From contig NC_068983.1 of the NCBI RefSeq assembly GCF_001194135.2, positions 16,820,644 to 16,870,686 on the forward strand: a DNA stretch of 50,043 bases, read 5' to 3'. The position numbers and the translations under genes were made by a program. Source of the DNA: Octopus bimaculoides (Eukaryota). The notes below the pieces were generated by a model. The model saw nothing but the letters and a program-made list of their open reading frames with translations, was not told where the DNA came from and did not search any database. Below are positions 47,106 to 50,043 of this stretch, in pieces (the stretch's first letter is position 1; each line of letters starts with the position of its first letter).

Positions 47106-47307
47106 CCCTTTTGTTACCATATTTTTGTTGAGATGCTCTGTGTTTCTTTCAATTAATTTTAAATATAACAAACAATTTAGTAAAATGACTTAGTTATCAT
47201 TAAGCTAGTGTTAGGAACATAAATTGTGACAAAGGTTTGGTGGAAAATTTTAATTTGAAAACAAGACATTTGTACTACAGAGCCAGAGGTGGTTTCATCT
47301 GGGTTGG
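47106..47307. mobile_element. piggyBac-like MITE, second family
   Basis: TTAA-CCCTTTTGTTACC ... GGTATCAAAAGGG-TCAA. Inverted partial copy at about 32810-32907. Confidence 0.65.
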
Positions 47308-47719
47308 TATCAAAAGGGTCAATCAATCACCCTGTCAGACACCATATGCTGACATGTTGGGTACCTTTAGTCAGATCCACACTTTTGCAAACATTTGTGT
47401 TAGATCTTTGGTTTGAGGATGCCTTTATTTCTCCCTCCCACCACTCTTGGAGACCCTGTAAAGGGTTATGGGCACTACTTTCTTTTTTAACTATCCAACC
47501 ATCCATTTTCTCTACCCACTATTCTTCGGAGAGAAGATGGGTGGATGGATGGATGGATAGAAGACATAAAGTCTATAATAATAGTCTGGACTAAAAAGGG
47601 ACCAGTTGTTTTGCATTGTTACCCAACAATCATTGTGTCTTGTGTGTTTTTATCTTTCCTATTCTTCAGCTTGGAATAAGTGAACTTTTCTTTCCATCAA
47701 TCAATTTAGATGGTGATGG

Positions 47720-48010
47720 TGGTGACGGTGGCAGCAATGGCAGTGACAGACAGTTTTCTGATCAAACCAAGGAACTATGTTCTTGTTCGTCCATCCATCC
47801 ACTCATCCCTGTATTCTGCCCACTATATCCGGGAAGATCATGGAAGTAGAGTCCTCAGGAACCTCCTCCATAGGGTCCTATTAGAAGCAACAATCATTCA
47901 ACTTTCCGGCTGAATGCCCAAACATGACTAACTGAGACTGTGGCTATTATCCAACCATCTTGTTCTTGGTCTACCCCCGGGTTTCCTACTTGTTGGCTTG
48001 GCTTGAAGCA
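47720..48010 (-). mobile_element. LINE (RTE-like) 3' fragment
   Basis: Tail similar to 30940-31010 (GGACCCTA...CCTGAGGACTCTAC); decayed GHV-type C-terminal motif. Confidence 0.45.
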
Positions 48011-48939
48011 TCTCCTTTATGATTCTTTTTTGTAACATTTTAATCTCATGTGTCATAGTATTGGCACTCCATCGGTTATGATGATGAGAGTTCCAGTTGA
48101 TCCAATTAATGGAATAGTTAGCTCATTAATTAATGTGTAAGTGGCTGAGCATTCCACAGATATGTATACCCTTAACATAGTTCTCAGGGAGAATCAGTAT
48201 GATACAGAACGTATCAAGGCTAACCCCTTGAATTACAGGTACAACTCATTTACAACCTAGTGAGTAATGTTACATGAGAAATCCTTTCGAGGAATCCCAT
48301 TTTGGCTACTTATATTCGCAATTGTACTGTTATAGTCATTACCCAACATTCATGACAAAAGGAGGATAAAAGGAAATTAACTCTTTCTTGCAAATATTAG
48401 AAAATAGATGTCAAAGTATGAAAGAAAAAATATGTCTTCTTTTTTACCTTGTAACGGCATTTAGCCAGGGGGTGTTAAGCCAGCTTCTATTGAGTTCACC
48501 ACATTGTGAGTTCATAGGAGTTTCAAGAGAAAACAGTTTCTGTCTGTATTCATAAGCCACCATACACAACCGGTGGCAGGTTGTCCTTGTTTTCCACCTT
48601 TTCAGTACGGGATGCCCACAGACGTGATCCAACACCACCAGGAAGCCCCTGGATCCTGGAACAGATGCTTTCTGAAATTCACCATTGCCCTCCAGTTAGC
48701 TGGGTTGTGACCCTAGCACCGCCAGTGTCAGACCTGTCCACCTTGGGTGGCCCTACCGGGGACTTGAAGTCCCCAACAGCATAGCTCTGACATTCATTCA
48801 TTTAACTTTCGCACCACAATGAGATCAAGAGTTGCACTTTGTGGAAGGAAAGAAAAATTATGAACTATGATATCCCAAATGTCTTACGTATAAACCATAT
48901 ACTTAATTTGTTAATTTGTACCTAATTTTTCTTTGGTAG

Positions 48940-49111
48940 ATTGTTTCCCTCTGTACACTGATGACAATAATCAGTTTCCTTGTGAAGAAAGACATCATTC
49001 CTGTGCCGATTCCACGTAGTAACACTTTAGTCTATAAGATGTCTAATTATTCAGACGTCTTTGGCAATTATACAGGATTAAAATTTTCCACATTCAAACA
49101 GAATCTTTATG
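48940..49111 (+). CDS. SLC12A9: SLC12A9-like coding exon 5 (IVSLCTLMTIISFLVKKDIIPVPIPRSNTLVYKMSNYSDVFGNYTGLKFSTFKQNLY); not in the ORF track
   Basis: Acceptor tttttctttggtag at 48939, phase 0, open for all 172 bp, donor GTAAGT at 49112. FGNYTGLKFSTFKQNL resembles SLC12A9 FGHFTGFNSSTLKDNL (from memory). Confidence 0.88.
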
Positions 49112-49475
49112 GTAAGTGACATTATTTTTTTGTATGTAATTTCATTTCTCCATTTATCTGGTTTGCTGTAGCATGCACATACACTCACTCACTCACTCAC
49201 TCACTCTCTCTCTCTCNNNNNNNNNNNNNNNNNNNNNNNNNNNNNNNNNNNNNNNNNNNNNNNNNNNNNNNNNNNNNNNNNNNNNNNNNNNNNNNNNNNN
49301 NNNNNNNNNNNNNNNNNNNNNNNNNNNNNNNNNNNNNNNNNNNNNNNNNNNNNNNNNNNNNNNNNNNNNNNNNNNNNNNNNNNNNNNNNNNNNNNNNNNN
49401 NNNNNNNNNNNNNNNNNNNNNNNNNNNNNNNNNNNNNNNNNNNNNNNNNNNNNNNNNNNNNNNNNNNNNNNNNNN

Positions 49476-49511
<36 letters not shown>

Positions 49512-49738
49512 CATAAGGAATCTTAAATATAATCTGAATCTGAATAGGGTGGAGGGAAGGAAGTCGGAATGTCCATGGAAATAAACCTTCTCCCCAGTAA
49601 TGAATAGTTTCATACAGGTTATGTTGCGAATCTAGCAACATATATATATTCACACGCACATAGACATACATACATATATATAATATATATGTATATGTGT
49701 ATGTGTGTCTGTGTGTGTATATCCTAATAACCTATCAG

Positions 49739-49781
<43 letters not shown>

Positions 49782-50043
49782 GAGAATGTCTGTCTGTCTG
49801 TCTGTCTGTGTGTGTTTCCCTAAAACTCAAGAACTACACAACCAATTTCATTCAAATTTTACACGTGCCTTACTTAGGGTCCCTGTTGTGTTTTAGTCAA
49901 AAAAAATGTTTAACTTCTTGCATAGTTCGAGCCCACAGCAACATAATATCTCCTCCACTATTTAAGTATTACGTGTCAAAAGTGAAACAAAAACACTCAT
50001 GTCAAATACTTTCACTTTAAAAATGAAACTATTCCACTAACTG

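Overview
AT-rich, microsatellite- and transposon-dense animal genomic DNA with seven N gaps. The repeat families look like an octopod cephalopod; this is inferred, not proven. One protein-coding gene is well supported: the 5' part of an SLC12A9-like cation-chloride cotransporter on the + strand. It has five coding exons (21152-21500, 40670-40804, 44881-45015, 45837-45991, 48940-49111), which splice in frame to 315 codons plus 1 nt, and the gene continues beyond the window. Its second intron has minor-spliceosome (U12) signals and contains a full-length but frameshifted mariner. The rest is mostly mobile DNA: RTE LINE fragments, several SINE families, a Tigger/pogo relic, hAT- and piggyBac-type MITEs, and (TAA)n-flanked R4/Dong-like 3' ends. 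The most unusual item is a ~470 bp TSD-flanked palindrome (15547-16016) with a central tRNA-like Pol III head and a minimal hammerhead ribozyme in each arm. Also notable: two different foldback elements with telomeric TTAGGG repeats in their loops in intron 1, a CpG-retaining zone around exon 1, and tentative signals of an antisense transcript. All alignments, folds and counts were done by eye; repeat boundaries are approximate.
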